A stretch of DNA of 64,000 nucleotides from Bacteroidales bacterium (GCA_028708845.1 JAQVXZ010000007.1:20898-84897); one strand, 5' to 3'. Positions 18,770 to 28,551 are shown, counted from the stretch's first letter. Made by a program: numbers and translations. The notes: a model not told the origin generated them from the sequence alone.

Positions 18770-18777
18770 CAAAGGTA
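18770..18777 (-). promoter_or_regulatory. -7 box TACCTTTG only 8 nt from the kinase ATG
   Basis: Reverse complement of caaaggta; the ATG is at 18761. Confidence 0.4.
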
Positions 18778-18821
18778 ATATATTTTAGATAATGATTTGT
18801 ATAAATTATTTGTTTCGTAAG

Positions 18822-18829
18822 TATATTTG
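18822..18829 (+). promoter_or_regulatory. -7 box TATATTTG
   Basis: 41 nt upstream of the ATG at 18871. Confidence 0.4.
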
Positions 18830-18870
18830 TTGTAATTTTACAAATTATTTAAAAGAAATCTTATAGTTCC

Positions 18871-19407
18871 ATGTTAGATAAAATAAGGCGTTTTGTGCAA
18901 TCTTTTGTGTTAAAAGCCAAGCTAAAGCAACATCAAAGAGAGAAGCAAGTTTCCTCTCTAAATTCGGCAAAAACTGTAGGTATTGTTTGTTTGGTAGACA
19001 AAGAAATAAATTGGGATATAATTAAAACCTTGATAAAGGAATTTCAGGATAAGAAAGCCAAAGTTGAGATAATGGGAGTATTTTATGGTAATTTGAAGCC
19101 ACTTTGGTTTATAGAGACCCTTAATATAACACTTTGTACCGATAAGGAACTAGGACTAATGCAAATTCCAACAGGAATGCATGTTAAAGAGTTTTTGTCA
19201 AAGGAGTTTGATTTGCTTGTCAACTTCTCAATAAAAGAAGACTTTGCACCATTCTACATAGCAGCACTATCAAAGGCTAAGTTTAAAATAGCAATCGACA
19301 CAGAGAACAACCGAAAGCATTTTGATTTACTTTTAAAGCTTAATGAAGTTAATATGAAAGAATATAAGAACCAACTAATTCACTATCTTTCTAAGATAAA
19401 TATTTAA
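18871..19407 (+). CDS. hypothetical protein (178 aa)
   Basis: ORF with its own promoter box, 22 nt upstream of dapA. I recognise no motif. Confidence 0.45.
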   Translation: MLDKIRRFVQSFVLKAKLKQHQREKQVSSLNSAKTVGIVCLVDKEINWDIIKTLIKEFQDKKAKVEIMGVFYGNLKPLWFIETLNITLCTDKELGLMQIPTGMHVKEFLSKEFDLLVNFSIKEDFAPFYIAALSKAKFKIAIDTENNRKHFDLLLKLNEVNMKEYKNQLIHYLSKINI

Positions 19408-19429
19408 AATAATAAACAGTATTATTATT

Positions 19430-20320
19430 ATGAACAAGGATTTTAAAGGCACTGGAGTTGCTGTAGTTACTCCATTTCACAAACAAAGAAACGTAGACTT
19501 TACTGCATTAGGTAACATTATTGAACACACTATTAATAATGGAGTCGACTATATTGTTTGCCTAGGAACAACAGCAGAATCTGTAACCCTAACAGAACAA
19601 GAGTCAATGGCAGTTGTTGACTACACCATTGATGCCGTTAACTCCCGAGTTCCAATTGTTGTTGGGATGGGAGGAAACAACACATCACATATAGTAGATA
19701 GAATATCCAAAACAGACTTCGCAGGCATAAGTGCCATATTATCTGTTGCACCATATTATAATAAACCTTCTCAAAAAGGAATTTACGAACACTATAAAGC
19801 AATTGCAGAGGTATGTCCTATTCCACTAATCCTATATAATGTACCAGGAAGAACAGCCTCAAACATATCAGCCGAAACATGTCTTCAACTAGCTAATGAC
19901 TTCCCAAACATAGTAGGGATAAAAGAAGCGTCAGGTGATTTTGCACAATGTATGGAGATAATATCAAAGAAACCAAAGAACTTTAATGTTATATCGGGAG
20001 AAGATGCACTCTTGCTTCCACTAATGAGCATAGGACTAACAGGAGTTATTTCTGTTGTAGCAAATGCTTTTCCAAAACAAATGAGTACAATGGTCAATCA
20101 TTGTTTAAAGGGCGACTTTAAGAAAGCAAGAGAAATTCATTATAAGATATTACCATTTGCAAATGCAGTATTTGAAGAAGGCAACCCAGCAGGAATTAAA
20201 GCAGCATTAGAGATTATGGAACTATCACAAAATCATCTTCGACTACCACTGACTAAAATAGGTAAACCACTATATACTAGAATAGAGAATATAATTAAAG
20301 AAATTATAGATAAGAAGTAA
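19430..20320 (+). CDS. dapA: 4-hydroxy-tetrahydrodipicolinate synthase
   Basis: GTGVAVVTPF, GTTAES, YNVPGRT and IVGIKEASGD motifs. Confidence 0.9.
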   Translation: MNKDFKGTGVAVVTPFHKQRNVDFTALGNIIEHTINNGVDYIVCLGTTAESVTLTEQESMAVVDYTIDAVNSRVPIVVGMGGNNTSHIVDRISKTDFAGISAILSVAPYYNKPSQKGIYEHYKAIAEVCPIPLILYNVPGRTASNISAETCLQLANDFPNIVGIKEASGDFAQCMEIISKKPKNFNVISGEDALLLPLMSIGLTGVISVVANAFPKQMSTMVNHCLKGDFKKAREIHYKILPFANAVFEEGNPAGIKAALEIMELSQNHLRLPLTKIGKPLYTRIENIIKEIIDKK

Positions 20321-20350
20321 ACTTTTTTACAAACCCAAAAATTAATCGAT

Positions 20351-21343
20351 ATGGTAAGTTACAAAGAACTTGGCTTAGTGAATTCGAGAGAAATTTTTAC
20401 TAAAGCCTTTGAAGGTGGATATGCAATACCAGCATTCAACTTCAATAACATGGAACAAATGCAAGCAATTATACAAGCTTGTGTGGAAGTTAAATCTCCA
20501 GTAATACTTCAAATTAGCTCAGGAGCTAGAAAGTACGCAAACCAAACCATCCTTCGCTACCTTGCACAAGGAGCAGTTGAGTATGCAAAAGAACTTGGAT
20601 GCAATATTCCAATAGTACTTCACTTAGACCACGGAGACACGTTTGAGCTTTGTAAATCATGTATTGAATATGGCTTCTCATCAGTAATGATTGATGGATC
20701 ACATCTTCCTTATGATGAAAACGTAGCTCTAACTAAGAGAGTAGTTGATTACGCACACCAATATGATGTTACAGTTGAGGGTGAATTAGGAGTTTTAGCA
20801 GGAGTAGAAGATGATGTTTCTTCTGAACATAGCCACTATACTCGTCCAGAGGAAGTAGAAGACTTTGTTAAGAAAACAGGAGTTGACTCATTAGCAATTT
20901 CCATAGGAACCTCACATGGAGCTAATAAATTCAAACCAGAACAATGTACAAGAGATGCAAATGGAATACTTCTTCCACCACCTCTTCGTTTCGATATATT
21001 AGAAGAAATTGAAAAGCGTATACCAGGATTCCCTATCGTTCTTCACGGCTCTTCATCAGTTCCTCAAAACTTGGTTACAAAAATCAACAAATATGGCGGA
21101 GCAATTAAAGACGCTGTTGGAATTCCAGAAGAACAATTACGCAAGGCTGCTAAATCTGCTGTTTGTAAAGTAAACATTGACTCTGACGGACGTTTAGCAA
21201 TGACTGCTGCAATTAGAGAAGTAATGAATAATAAGCCAGCTGAGTTTGACCCAAGAAAATACTTAGGACCAGCAAGAGATAGCTTAAAGGAACTATATAT
21301 ACATAAATGTAAAAATGTTCTAGGCTCTGATAACAAAGCATAA
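20351..21343 (+). CDS. fba: class II fructose-1,6-bisphosphate aldolase
   Basis: AIPAFNFNN, LHLDHG, FSSVMIDGS, LAISIGTSHG and HGSSSVP motifs. Confidence 0.9.
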   Translation: MVSYKELGLVNSREIFTKAFEGGYAIPAFNFNNMEQMQAIIQACVEVKSPVILQISSGARKYANQTILRYLAQGAVEYAKELGCNIPIVLHLDHGDTFELCKSCIEYGFSSVMIDGSHLPYDENVALTKRVVDYAHQYDVTVEGELGVLAGVEDDVSSEHSHYTRPEEVEDFVKKTGVDSLAISIGTSHGANKFKPEQCTRDANGILLPPPLRFDILEEIEKRIPGFPIVLHGSSSVPQNLVTKINKYGGAIKDAVGIPEEQLRKAAKSAVCKVNIDSDGRLAMTAAIREVMNNKPAEFDPRKYLGPARDSLKELYIHKCKNVLGSDNKA

Positions 21344-21377
21344 GACAACATTAATAATAGGCTAACCAAGGTCTATA

Positions 21378-21427
21378 TAAAAAAAGAAACGACTCATGGT
21401 ATAAATACTTGTGAGTCGTTTTTTTAT
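21378..21427. terminator. bidirectional intrinsic terminator between convergent genes
   Basis: Perfect 10-bp stem AAACGACTCA (21387-21396) / TGAGTCGTTT (21412-21421), flanked by an A-run upstream and a T-run downstream. Confidence 0.75.
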
Positions 21428-21446
21428 ATAGAGGATTTTCTTAACC

Positions 21447-22250
21447 CTATTTCTTTATTAGTTTCTTGGTTGATGTCTCATCTCCATTAAATACTGTTAG
21501 GAAATAAACTCCTGGTTTTAGAGATGAAATATTTATTGAATTTGTAGGTTGATTAATTTCTATTGATTTTTGACCTAAGAAATTTGAAATAACAACCTTT
21601 GTTGCATTTTCTCCTCCAGTAAGATTTACTACGTTAGTAGCAGGGTTGGGATAAATTGAAAGATTTGTTGATGAAATATCACTTAAACCTACAGTTCCCG
21701 TTTTGCCTGCTAATATAGGGGTATTAGGACTTGTTTCGTAAGCTATCTCTTGGAAATTTGCAGTATATCCTATAGCTTCGCTTCCTGTTATAACAACCTT
21801 AGCCCATCCATAATGAGTATTAGCTCCAATTTTGAAACGGAAACCCATATAATTCACACTACCAACTGTGAAAACAGGACTATCATCTAACCAACTCACC
21901 AAAGAGCAATCTCCCATACCTACCCAGTTACCAGAACTACCAATAGATGTATTTAGAGCTAAACTCATTGGAATATCCCAATTCTCATCTTGATTTCCAG
22001 CTGCCCAAATGTTAAATGTAGGGTTTGATGCATTGTATTCGATATAACAGTTAATGTTTTCAACATCGAATCCAGAGTTTGAAAGTTTAAACTCTAATAC
22101 TCCATCATTATTGAAGTCTAATCCAAATCCAACAATTGTTTGGTTGTCCCAACTAACGAAGTTTCCATTGCCAACTCTTCCTACAACAATTCCTGCAAAC
22201 ATTGATGTGCTCAACAATAAAGCAGCACAAAGTGTAATAATTTTTCTCAT
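21447..22250 (-). CDS. secreted protein with a T9SS type A C-terminal sorting domain
   Basis: Signal peptide MRKIITLCAALLLSTSMFA. The C-terminus SIYPNPATNVVNL...LKPGVYFLTV...KKLIKK is typical of a T9SS CTD. Confidence 0.75.
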   Translation of the reverse strand: MRKIITLCAALLLSTSMFAGIVVGRVGNGNFVSWDNQTIVGFGLDFNNDGVLEFKLSNSGFDVENINCYIEYNASNPTFNIWAAGNQDENWDIPMSLALNTSIGSSGNWVGMGDCSLVSWLDDSPVFTVGSVNYMGFRFKIGANTHYGWAKVVITGSEAIGYTANFQEIAYETSPNTPILAGKTGTVGLSDISSTNLSIYPNPATNVVNLTGGENATKVVISNFLGQKSIEINQPTNSINISSLKPGVYFLTVFNGDETSTKKLIKK

Positions 22251-22332
22251 AGTTTTATTTATTTATTTATTATTTGTAATCTAATAACACTAACTCTTTT
22301 TTTTTGTTTACTTTGAAATAAAAAAAAGATAT

Positions 22333-22878
22333 TTAATTATTCTCAACCTCTTCAGCCTCTTCAATTAGGATGTCAATTGCATCAAGCACCTCTTCCTGTA
22401 TCTTTGCCTCCTTAAATACAAATATTTTATTTAGAAAGAAAGTGATAACGGCATTTGGCAAGATAACTATAGCTTGACCCATAACATTTCCTAATTTCCT
22501 AGTATCTATTGGGAGGTTATGTATGAAGCTAAAGCAATCAGTGGAAAGGATTATTTCGTAGAGAGGAGATTGTTTTAGGAAAAATAGTTCAATAACATTA
22601 ATAAGATATACAGCCCCATAAACTAAGAAGAATTTTACTAAGAGTTTATTTGATTTGTTTTGAAAGACAATATATCCTGTTGTTTTGTAATTAAAGAGAA
22701 CACCAATTATTTGAGATACTAAAAGAGCTATTGTGTAGTGAAGACCAATCCAAATTAGGAATATGAATAGAAAATATCCGAAAGCAGTATTTATTCCTCC
22801 AACAAAAAGAAACCTAAGAAATTTATTTTCAATCTTCCATAAAAGATGAATAGGCAGAAGCAGTAAGCGTTTTATCAT
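22333..22878 (-). CDS. GtrA-family membrane protein with an acidic C-terminal tail
   Basis: FLRFLFVGGINTAFGYFLF start and four TM helices. The start is set at MIKRLL (22878) because the -7 box overlaps the longer TTG-initiated ORF. Confidence 0.65.
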   Translation of the reverse strand: MIKRLLLLPIHLLWKIENKFLRFLFVGGINTAFGYFLFIFLIWIGLHYTIALLVSQIIGVLFNYKTTGYIVFQNKSNKLLVKFFLVYGAVYLINVIELFFLKQSPLYEIILSTDCFSFIHNLPIDTRKLGNVMGQAIVILPNAVITFFLNKIFVFKEAKIQEEVLDAIDILIEEAEEVENN

Positions 22879-22896
22879 AAAAAAAGATTTAATATG

Positions 22897-22904
22897 CAAA
22901 AGTA
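22897..22904 (-). promoter_or_regulatory. -7 box TACTTTTG
   Basis: 18 nt upstream of the ATG at 22878. Confidence 0.4.
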
Positions 22905-22917
22905 GTATTTTTATACT

Positions 22918-22925
22918 TATCTTTG
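22918..22925 (+). promoter_or_regulatory. -7 box TATCTTTG
   Basis: 18 nt upstream of the surE ATG at 22944. Confidence 0.45.
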
Positions 22926-22943
22926 TAACTTATTTTGAATTAT

Positions 22944-23702
22944 ATGAGAAGACCATTGATTTTTGTTACCAATGATGATAGCTACCGCTCCAAAGGTATT
23001 GAGTTACTTGTTGGAATGATGAGAAAGCTTGGAGATGTTCTTGTTGTTGCACCCATGACACAGCAAAGCGGTAAGAGCCATTCTATAACCGTTAATGAAC
23101 CCCTAAGATACCATAGGATAGCAGAAGAGGAGGGCTATAATGCATACGTATGTAGTGGAACCCCTGTAGATGCTGTTAAGATAGCATTTAATAAACTTAT
23201 GGTAGAAAGAAAACCTGATTTGCTTGTATCTGGCATAAACCATGGCTCAAATGCATCAATCAACACTATATATTCAGGAACCATGGCAGCAGTCTTTGAG
23301 GGCTGTGCTCTTGGAGTACCTAGCATTGGTTTTTCACTCGACTGCCATAAGTCAGATGCTGATTTCGAGCACTCCATTCCTTTTATTGAGAAAATAACAA
23401 AGGAAGTTTTGGCAAATGGATTAGATGAGGGGACTTGTCTCAATGTTAATATACCAGCCAAAGACATAAAAGGAATAAAGGTATGTCACCAAGCAAAGGC
23501 ATATTGGAATGAAGACTTTGTTGAAAGACAAGACCCAATGGGATATAGTTATTTTTGGCTAACAGGAGTCTATAATATACAAGACGAAAACCAAGGAGCC
23601 GACTACAACGCCCTAACTGATGGCTACATAGCAATAACACCACAGCAGGTAGACTTCACAGCCTATAACGTAATAGAAAAATATAAAAATCGTTTTCAAT
23701 AA
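22944..23702 (+). CDS. surE: 5'/3'-nucleotidase SurE
   Basis: LIFVTNDDSYRSKGI, SGINHGSNAS and YSGTMAAVFEG motifs. Confidence 0.9.
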   Translation: MRRPLIFVTNDDSYRSKGIELLVGMMRKLGDVLVVAPMTQQSGKSHSITVNEPLRYHRIAEEEGYNAYVCSGTPVDAVKIAFNKLMVERKPDLLVSGINHGSNASINTIYSGTMAAVFEGCALGVPSIGFSLDCHKSDADFEHSIPFIEKITKEVLANGLDEGTCLNVNIPAKDIKGIKVCHQAKAYWNEDFVERQDPMGYSYFWLTGVYNIQDENQGADYNALTDGYIAITPQQVDFTAYNVIEKYKNRFQ

Positions 23703-23998
23703 TGATAGACAAACTAAGAAAAGACAATTATGGCTTTGGAGCCTTTGTTGGAATAATATCCATAATCCTAACAACAATCATTTTACTTTTGGGCTTAAGT
23801 CTTTTTTCCAAGGGCTATAATGACGACCCTAAGCTATTCCTATTTTCTTTTATCCCAACCATACTTCTAATGAGATGGTATTTTAAGATAGAATATATCA
23901 AATCAGCAAAAGCAATTGTCCTAGTAATTGTTTTCACCATGATACCATACTTTTTCTACCTATACACATCAGGACTTTTTAACACAATTGCCAAATAG
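23702..23998 (+). CDS. small hypothetical membrane protein (3 TM)
   Basis: The ORF overlaps the surE stop (ATAATG) and has three hydrophobic segments. Confidence 0.5.
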   Translation: MIDKLRKDNYGFGAFVGIISIILTTIILLLGLSLFSKGYNDDPKLFLFSFIPTILLMRWYFKIEYIKSAKAIVLVIVFTMIPYFFYLYTSGLFNTIAK

Positions 23999-24000
23999 AT

Positions 24001-25119
24001 ATGAAATATTACATAATTGCAGGTGAGGTTTCAGGAGATTTACATGCCTCTTTCCTAATAAAAGGCTTAAAAGCAAAGGACGAGGAGGCAGAGTTTAGGT
24101 TTTGGGGCGGTGATAATATGGCAAAAGAGGGCGGAACCCTTGTTAAGCACATCAAAGACCTTAGCTTTATGGGTTTTGTGGAGGTAATAGCAAACCTTAA
24201 AACCATTCTAACCAACTTACGATTTTGTAAGAAAGACATCCTTAACTATAAGCCAGACGCAGTAATATTCGTTGACTACCCAGGTTTCAACCTAAGAATA
24301 GCAACTTTCTGTCACCTTAAAGGCATAAAAACCCTATACTATATATCTCCAAAGGTATGGGCATGGAAAAAGGGAAGAATAAAGCTAATGAAGAAGGTAT
24401 TAACCAAGCTCTATGTAATATTCCCATTCGAACAGGACTTCTTCAAGAAGCACGACTTAGACGTAGAATACTATGGCAATCCACTCCTTGACGAAATACA
24501 AGACTATGCCCAAACCCAAGACAAAGAAGCCTTTTTGGCAGAAAACAAGCTAGGCGACAAACCAATCATAGCACTTTTGCCAGGCAGTAGAGTGCAGGAA
24601 ATAAAGAAAATCCTTTCCATTCAAATGACCCTTATTGAAAAATTTCCAGACTTCGATTTCGTTATAGCAGGACTACAGACCCATAAAGAAGAGTTTTACA
24701 GAAAGTATATGGATGGTAAGGACGTAAAGATAATATACAACCAAATCTATTCCATCCTTAGCGTCTCCTATGCAGCCATTGTATGCTCAGGAACAGCAAC
24801 CCTCGAAACAGCACTATTCAACGTGCCAGAGGTTGTATGCTATAAGGGAAACCCAATATCCTTTGCAATAGGCAAGATGCTAGTTAAACTTAAATACGTA
24901 TCTCTTGTAAACCTAATACTCGACCGCCCAGCAGTGGTTGAACTACTTCAAAAAGACTGGAACGAAGAAAACCTAGAAAAAGAATTTAGAAGAATAGTCT
25001 ACGACGAAGGCTATAGAACAGAGATAGATATGAATTATTCCAACCTAAAGATAATACTAGGCGAAGCAGGAGCAAGCAATAAGATAGCAAAAAGCATTGT
25101 AAACCTACTTAAAAACTAA
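24001..25119 (+). CDS. lpxB: lipid-A-disaccharide synthase
   Basis: MKYYIIAGEVSGDLHAS start, DYPGFNLR, PGSR..EI and SGTATLE motifs. Confidence 0.9.
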   Translation: MKYYIIAGEVSGDLHASFLIKGLKAKDEEAEFRFWGGDNMAKEGGTLVKHIKDLSFMGFVEVIANLKTILTNLRFCKKDILNYKPDAVIFVDYPGFNLRIATFCHLKGIKTLYYISPKVWAWKKGRIKLMKKVLTKLYVIFPFEQDFFKKHDLDVEYYGNPLLDEIQDYAQTQDKEAFLAENKLGDKPIIALLPGSRVQEIKKILSIQMTLIEKFPDFDFVIAGLQTHKEEFYRKYMDGKDVKIIYNQIYSILSVSYAAIVCSGTATLETALFNVPEVVCYKGNPISFAIGKMLVKLKYVSLVNLILDRPAVVELLQKDWNEENLEKEFRRIVYDEGYRTEIDMNYSNLKIILGEAGASNKIAKSIVNLLKN

Positions 25120-25127
25120 AACATAAA

Positions 25128-26282
25128 ATGAAATTTTTAAAGACCATACTACTTATACTATTCACAGTCCTATCCCTGACATTAAGTGCAGAAAAGATAA
25201 ACGTAAGGATATATGCCGATAAACAAATAAAGGAAGCAAGCTTTGTCTCCTCATTTGGAAGATATACCATTAAGTTAGGCGATGAAGAAATAAGCATTCA
25301 GAAAACCGATATAGTAAAAATTAAAGCCAAAGCAGAAAAGGTAGAACTCCAAATAAACGATTCCCTTATTGGCAACTACAAAACCATTAATTTCCTAACC
25401 CAAGGTCTAATGAACTTCTTCCTAATAAGCCCCAAAGAGAATGGAGTGCCAGAAAGACGATACGACGATAACCTAATAGTAAGCAATGAAAAAGGACATC
25501 TCAAACTAATAAACAATATAGAGATAGAAAGCTATATAGCAGGCGTAGTACAGGCAGAAACATGGGGAGCAACCAAAAACGTAGACTTCTTCAAATTGCA
25601 AGCCATCTGCGTAAGGAACTACCTTTTTATGAACCTAAGCAAGCACCAAAAAGACGGCTACCATATGTGCGATGGAGTACATTGCCAGGCATATAAGGGC
25701 AGAGCAAACCAAGTAGAAGTAATACAAGGAGCACATAATAGTAAGTCAGAAGTAGTTGTAGACTCAATGGGCAACCTAATCGAAACCCTTTTTCATGCAA
25801 ATAGTGGAGGACAGACCGTAAACGCCGAAGATGTTTGGAAGAATTCATTCTCACACCTAATAGGCAAACAAGACACCTTTTCAGTAGGAATGAAAGCCTA
25901 CGAATGGGAAAAATACATAAGACTAAGAGATTGGAGGAATTATTTCAGAGAAAAAGGAGTAAACATAAAAGACGACTCAGTGAAAAACGAACTAATAAAC
26001 TTCTCACAAAAGGATGGCAGAAAGAAAACCATGCTAGGCGTACCACTAGTTCAGATAAGAAAAGACTTTGGTCTAAGGTCTACCTTCTTCGATATACAGC
26101 CTTGGGGAGGAGAAGTAAAACTAAGTGGCAAAGGCTACGGACATGGAGTAGGAATGAGCCAAGAGGGAGCAATAAATATGTGCGATCAGGGCTATGAATA
26201 CTGGCAAGTTCTGGAATTCTACTACACAGGTGCTAAAATAAAACGACTTGACGCAGAAAAAATATTAAACGAAACGAATTAG
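25128..26282 (+). CDS. SpoIID/LytB domain protein
   Basis: IESYIAGVVQAE...FKLQAICVRNY...CDGVHCQAYKG...GHGVGMSQEGA. Confidence 0.8.
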   Translation: MKFLKTILLILFTVLSLTLSAEKINVRIYADKQIKEASFVSSFGRYTIKLGDEEISIQKTDIVKIKAKAEKVELQINDSLIGNYKTINFLTQGLMNFFLISPKENGVPERRYDDNLIVSNEKGHLKLINNIEIESYIAGVVQAETWGATKNVDFFKLQAICVRNYLFMNLSKHQKDGYHMCDGVHCQAYKGRANQVEVIQGAHNSKSEVVVDSMGNLIETLFHANSGGQTVNAEDVWKNSFSHLIGKQDTFSVGMKAYEWEKYIRLRDWRNYFREKGVNIKDDSVKNELINFSQKDGRKKTMLGVPLVQIRKDFGLRSTFFDIQPWGGEVKLSGKGYGHGVGMSQEGAINMCDQGYEYWQVLEFYYTGAKIKRLDAEKILNETN

Positions 26283-26305
26283 ATAAATTTTAAATACAGA
26301 CAAAT

Positions 26306-26884
26306 ATGAAAAAAATCAGCCTTTTAGTATTATGCCTTACTATTTTTGTTAGTGTTGGCTATTCTCAAAAGACAATTGAGTGGTTAGAAATAACTGAAGT
26401 TGAAAATGCAATAAAGCAAGACGAGAAAGATGCCAAAAGGGTGTTTATCGATTGTTATACAGATTGGTGTGGATGGTGTAAGAGAATGGACAAAGACACC
26501 TTCTCAGACCCATTAATTGCAGAGCTAATGAACCATTATTTCTATAACGTAAAATTTGATGCAGAATCGAAAGAACCACTTACCTTTGGAGGAAAAGAAT
26601 ACACAAACCCCAACCCAAAGAAAAGAGGATCAGCACATGAGCTAGCAAACTATCTTTTAAACAACCGTCTAGCATACCCATCATTCTCCGTCCTCAACCC
26701 CGACCTAAACATCGTAACAATCATCCCGAGCTATTTCCCACCAAAAGACTTCGAACCAATAGTAGTATTCTTAGGCGGAAAATACGACCTTCAATACAAC
26801 TTCGAAGACTTCAAGAAAGTATACGAAAAGAAGATAAAGCCAGATGTTATGAAAGAAATTGAAAAAGCAAACAAGAAAAAATAA
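26306..26884 (+). CDS. secreted thioredoxin-fold protein (DUF255/thioredoxin_7-like)
   Basis: Signal peptide plus a DCYTDWCGWCKRMDKDTF (CxxC) motif. Confidence 0.75.
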   Translation: MKKISLLVLCLTIFVSVGYSQKTIEWLEITEVENAIKQDEKDAKRVFIDCYTDWCGWCKRMDKDTFSDPLIAELMNHYFYNVKFDAESKEPLTFGGKEYTNPNPKKRGSAHELANYLLNNRLAYPSFSVLNPDLNIVTIIPSYFPPKDFEPIVVFLGGKYDLQYNFEDFKKVYEKKIKPDVMKEIEKANKKK

Positions 26885-26903
26885 CAACCCAAACTGATAA
26901 ATA

Positions 26904-28166
26904 ATGTCAAAGGAAGAAACAATAGAACAGCTATTAAAAGATAATATAATCCTCTCCACAGGATGCACCGAACCAGTAGCAGTAGCACTCTGTGTAGCCA
27001 AAGCAAAAGAAGTTTTAGGACAGACACCCCAACGAATAGAACTACATATAAGCCAAAACATCATCAAGAACGCAATGGGAGTAGGCATACCAGGCACAGG
27101 AATGATAGGCTTGCCAATAGCCATAAGCCTAGGCGTAGTATGTGGAGAAAGCTCAAAAGGCTTAGATGTCCTAAACTGCAAAAAAGAATATATACCAATA
27201 GCCAAAGACTGGCTAAACAACCATAAGATAGAAATCTTTCACGCAAAAGACGTAGACAAACTCTATATCGAATGCATAGCTTATGCAGATAACCAAAGCT
27301 CGAAAGTAATAATAGCAAAGACACATCAAAACATAATACATATCCAAAAGAATGATGAGGTATTATTTAGTGTAGAAATAGAGACAGAAAAGCCAAAAGA
27401 CATAGACAACAACCTAACAATCACCCTAAAAGACGTATATGACTATGCAACCCAAACCCCAATCTCAAGACTAAGTTGGATATTAGAGACAATACCAGTA
27501 ATAGAGGCAGCATCCCTAGAAGGACTAAGAGGCGACTATGGTTTGAAAATAGGCAAAATACTAATGAGCGATGAAGAAACCTCAGTTCGTAAGCGAGTAA
27601 TAGCCAAGACCTGTGCCGCATCCGATGCAAGAATGGGCGGAGCCACAGCACCAGTCTACACCAACTCAGGCTCAGGCAACCAAGGCATAACATGCACCCT
27701 ACCAATATACGAATTTAGCAAAGAAACCTCTAAGACCGAAGAAGAACTAATCAGAGCCCTAATGCTATCCCACCTAAGCTCCACCTACGTAAAACAATAT
27801 ATTGGCAGATTATCAGCCCTTTGTGGACTAGTAAACGCATCCATAGGCGTATCAGCAGGCTTAGTACTCTTACAAGGCGGAAGCTACTCACAAGTTTGTT
27901 ATTCAATCAAAAACATGATAAACACCCTAACAGGCATGATATGTGATGGAGCCAAACCCTCATGTTCCCTCAAGATGTCAGTAGCCTTAGGCTCAGCCTT
28001 CGACTCATCCACCCTAGCCATTCGCAACATAGAAGTAGAACCAACCGATGGCATAAGCGAAAAATCAATCGAACGCTCCATCAAAAACTTAGGCAAAATA
28101 GGACGCTACGGCATGGACTCAATAGATGACTTAATCCTAGAAATCCTAACCAATAAGGAGGTCTAA
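26904..28166 (+). CDS. UPF0597 / L-cysteine desulfidase-like (serine dehydratase alpha-like) protein
   Basis: STGCTEPVAVALCVAKAKE near the N-terminus, SGSGNQG, and CDGAKPSC motifs. Confidence 0.7.
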   Translation: MSKEETIEQLLKDNIILSTGCTEPVAVALCVAKAKEVLGQTPQRIELHISQNIIKNAMGVGIPGTGMIGLPIAISLGVVCGESSKGLDVLNCKKEYIPIAKDWLNNHKIEIFHAKDVDKLYIECIAYADNQSSKVIIAKTHQNIIHIQKNDEVLFSVEIETEKPKDIDNNLTITLKDVYDYATQTPISRLSWILETIPVIEAASLEGLRGDYGLKIGKILMSDEETSVRKRVIAKTCAASDARMGGATAPVYTNSGSGNQGITCTLPIYEFSKETSKTEEELIRALMLSHLSSTYVKQYIGRLSALCGLVNASIGVSAGLVLLQGGSYSQVCYSIKNMINTLTGMICDGAKPSCSLKMSVALGSAFDSSTLAIRNIEVEPTDGISEKSIERSIKNLGKIGRYGMDSIDDLILEILTNKEV

Positions 28167-28215
28167 GGTCGAAGGTCGAAGGTCAAAGGTCGAAGGTCTA
28201 AGGTCGAAGGTCTTT
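28160..28215 (+). repeat. 8 x 7-nt tandem repeat GGTCGAA that contains the stop codon of the preceding gene
   Basis: GGTCTAA GGTCGAA GGTCGAA GGTCAAA GGTCGAA GGTCTAA GGTCGAA GGTCTTT. The first unit holds the TAA at 28164-28166. Confidence 0.9.
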
Positions 28216-28236
28216 AAGCTCCTTTTTTTTAATTGT

Positions 28237-28320
28237 TCCGCCTTTCTTTGTTTCACGCCACTAACTCTTGATTTCAGCAGATTAACTCTTGATTCTAGCA
28301 TTTTCTTTCTTCGTTTCGCT
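28237..28320 (+). repeat. 21-bp-period tandem repeat array, locus C (about 4 diverged units; TTCTTCGTTTC sense on the + strand)
   Basis: ttccgcctttctttgtttcacgcc actaactcttgatttcagcag attaactcttgattctagca ttttctttcttcgtttcgc. Confidence 0.7.
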
Positions 28321-28531
28321 AGCTTTTTGTTGCATTAATAAATCTGCAATATCTAATCCCTTTTCTCTTTGCTCTGGAGTTGCTAAGCGTTCCAAAATAT
28401 CATTAATTATCAAATTACAACCAATAGCTGCAGTATAAATCCATAGTTTTGTTTATTGGTTTGTAATTATTCATTATTCATTTATTCATACCTATATATA
28501 TAGAGTGAATAATAATATTCTATGTATATAT

Positions 28532-28551
28532 CCCCCTCGTAAGCGAGGGGG
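28532..28551. repeat. isolated GC-rich perfect hairpin CCCCCTCG-TAAG-CGAGGGGG
   Basis: Read directly. An 8-bp G/C-rich stem inside an AT-rich spacer at the left edge of the R-M island. Confidence 0.8.

Noticed and set aside
25835-26197. 120-aa K/R-rich ORF in an alternative frame of the SpoIID-like gene
   Set aside because: It is embedded in a well-supported CDS. Its basic low-complexity translation comes from A/G-rich codons read out of frame.
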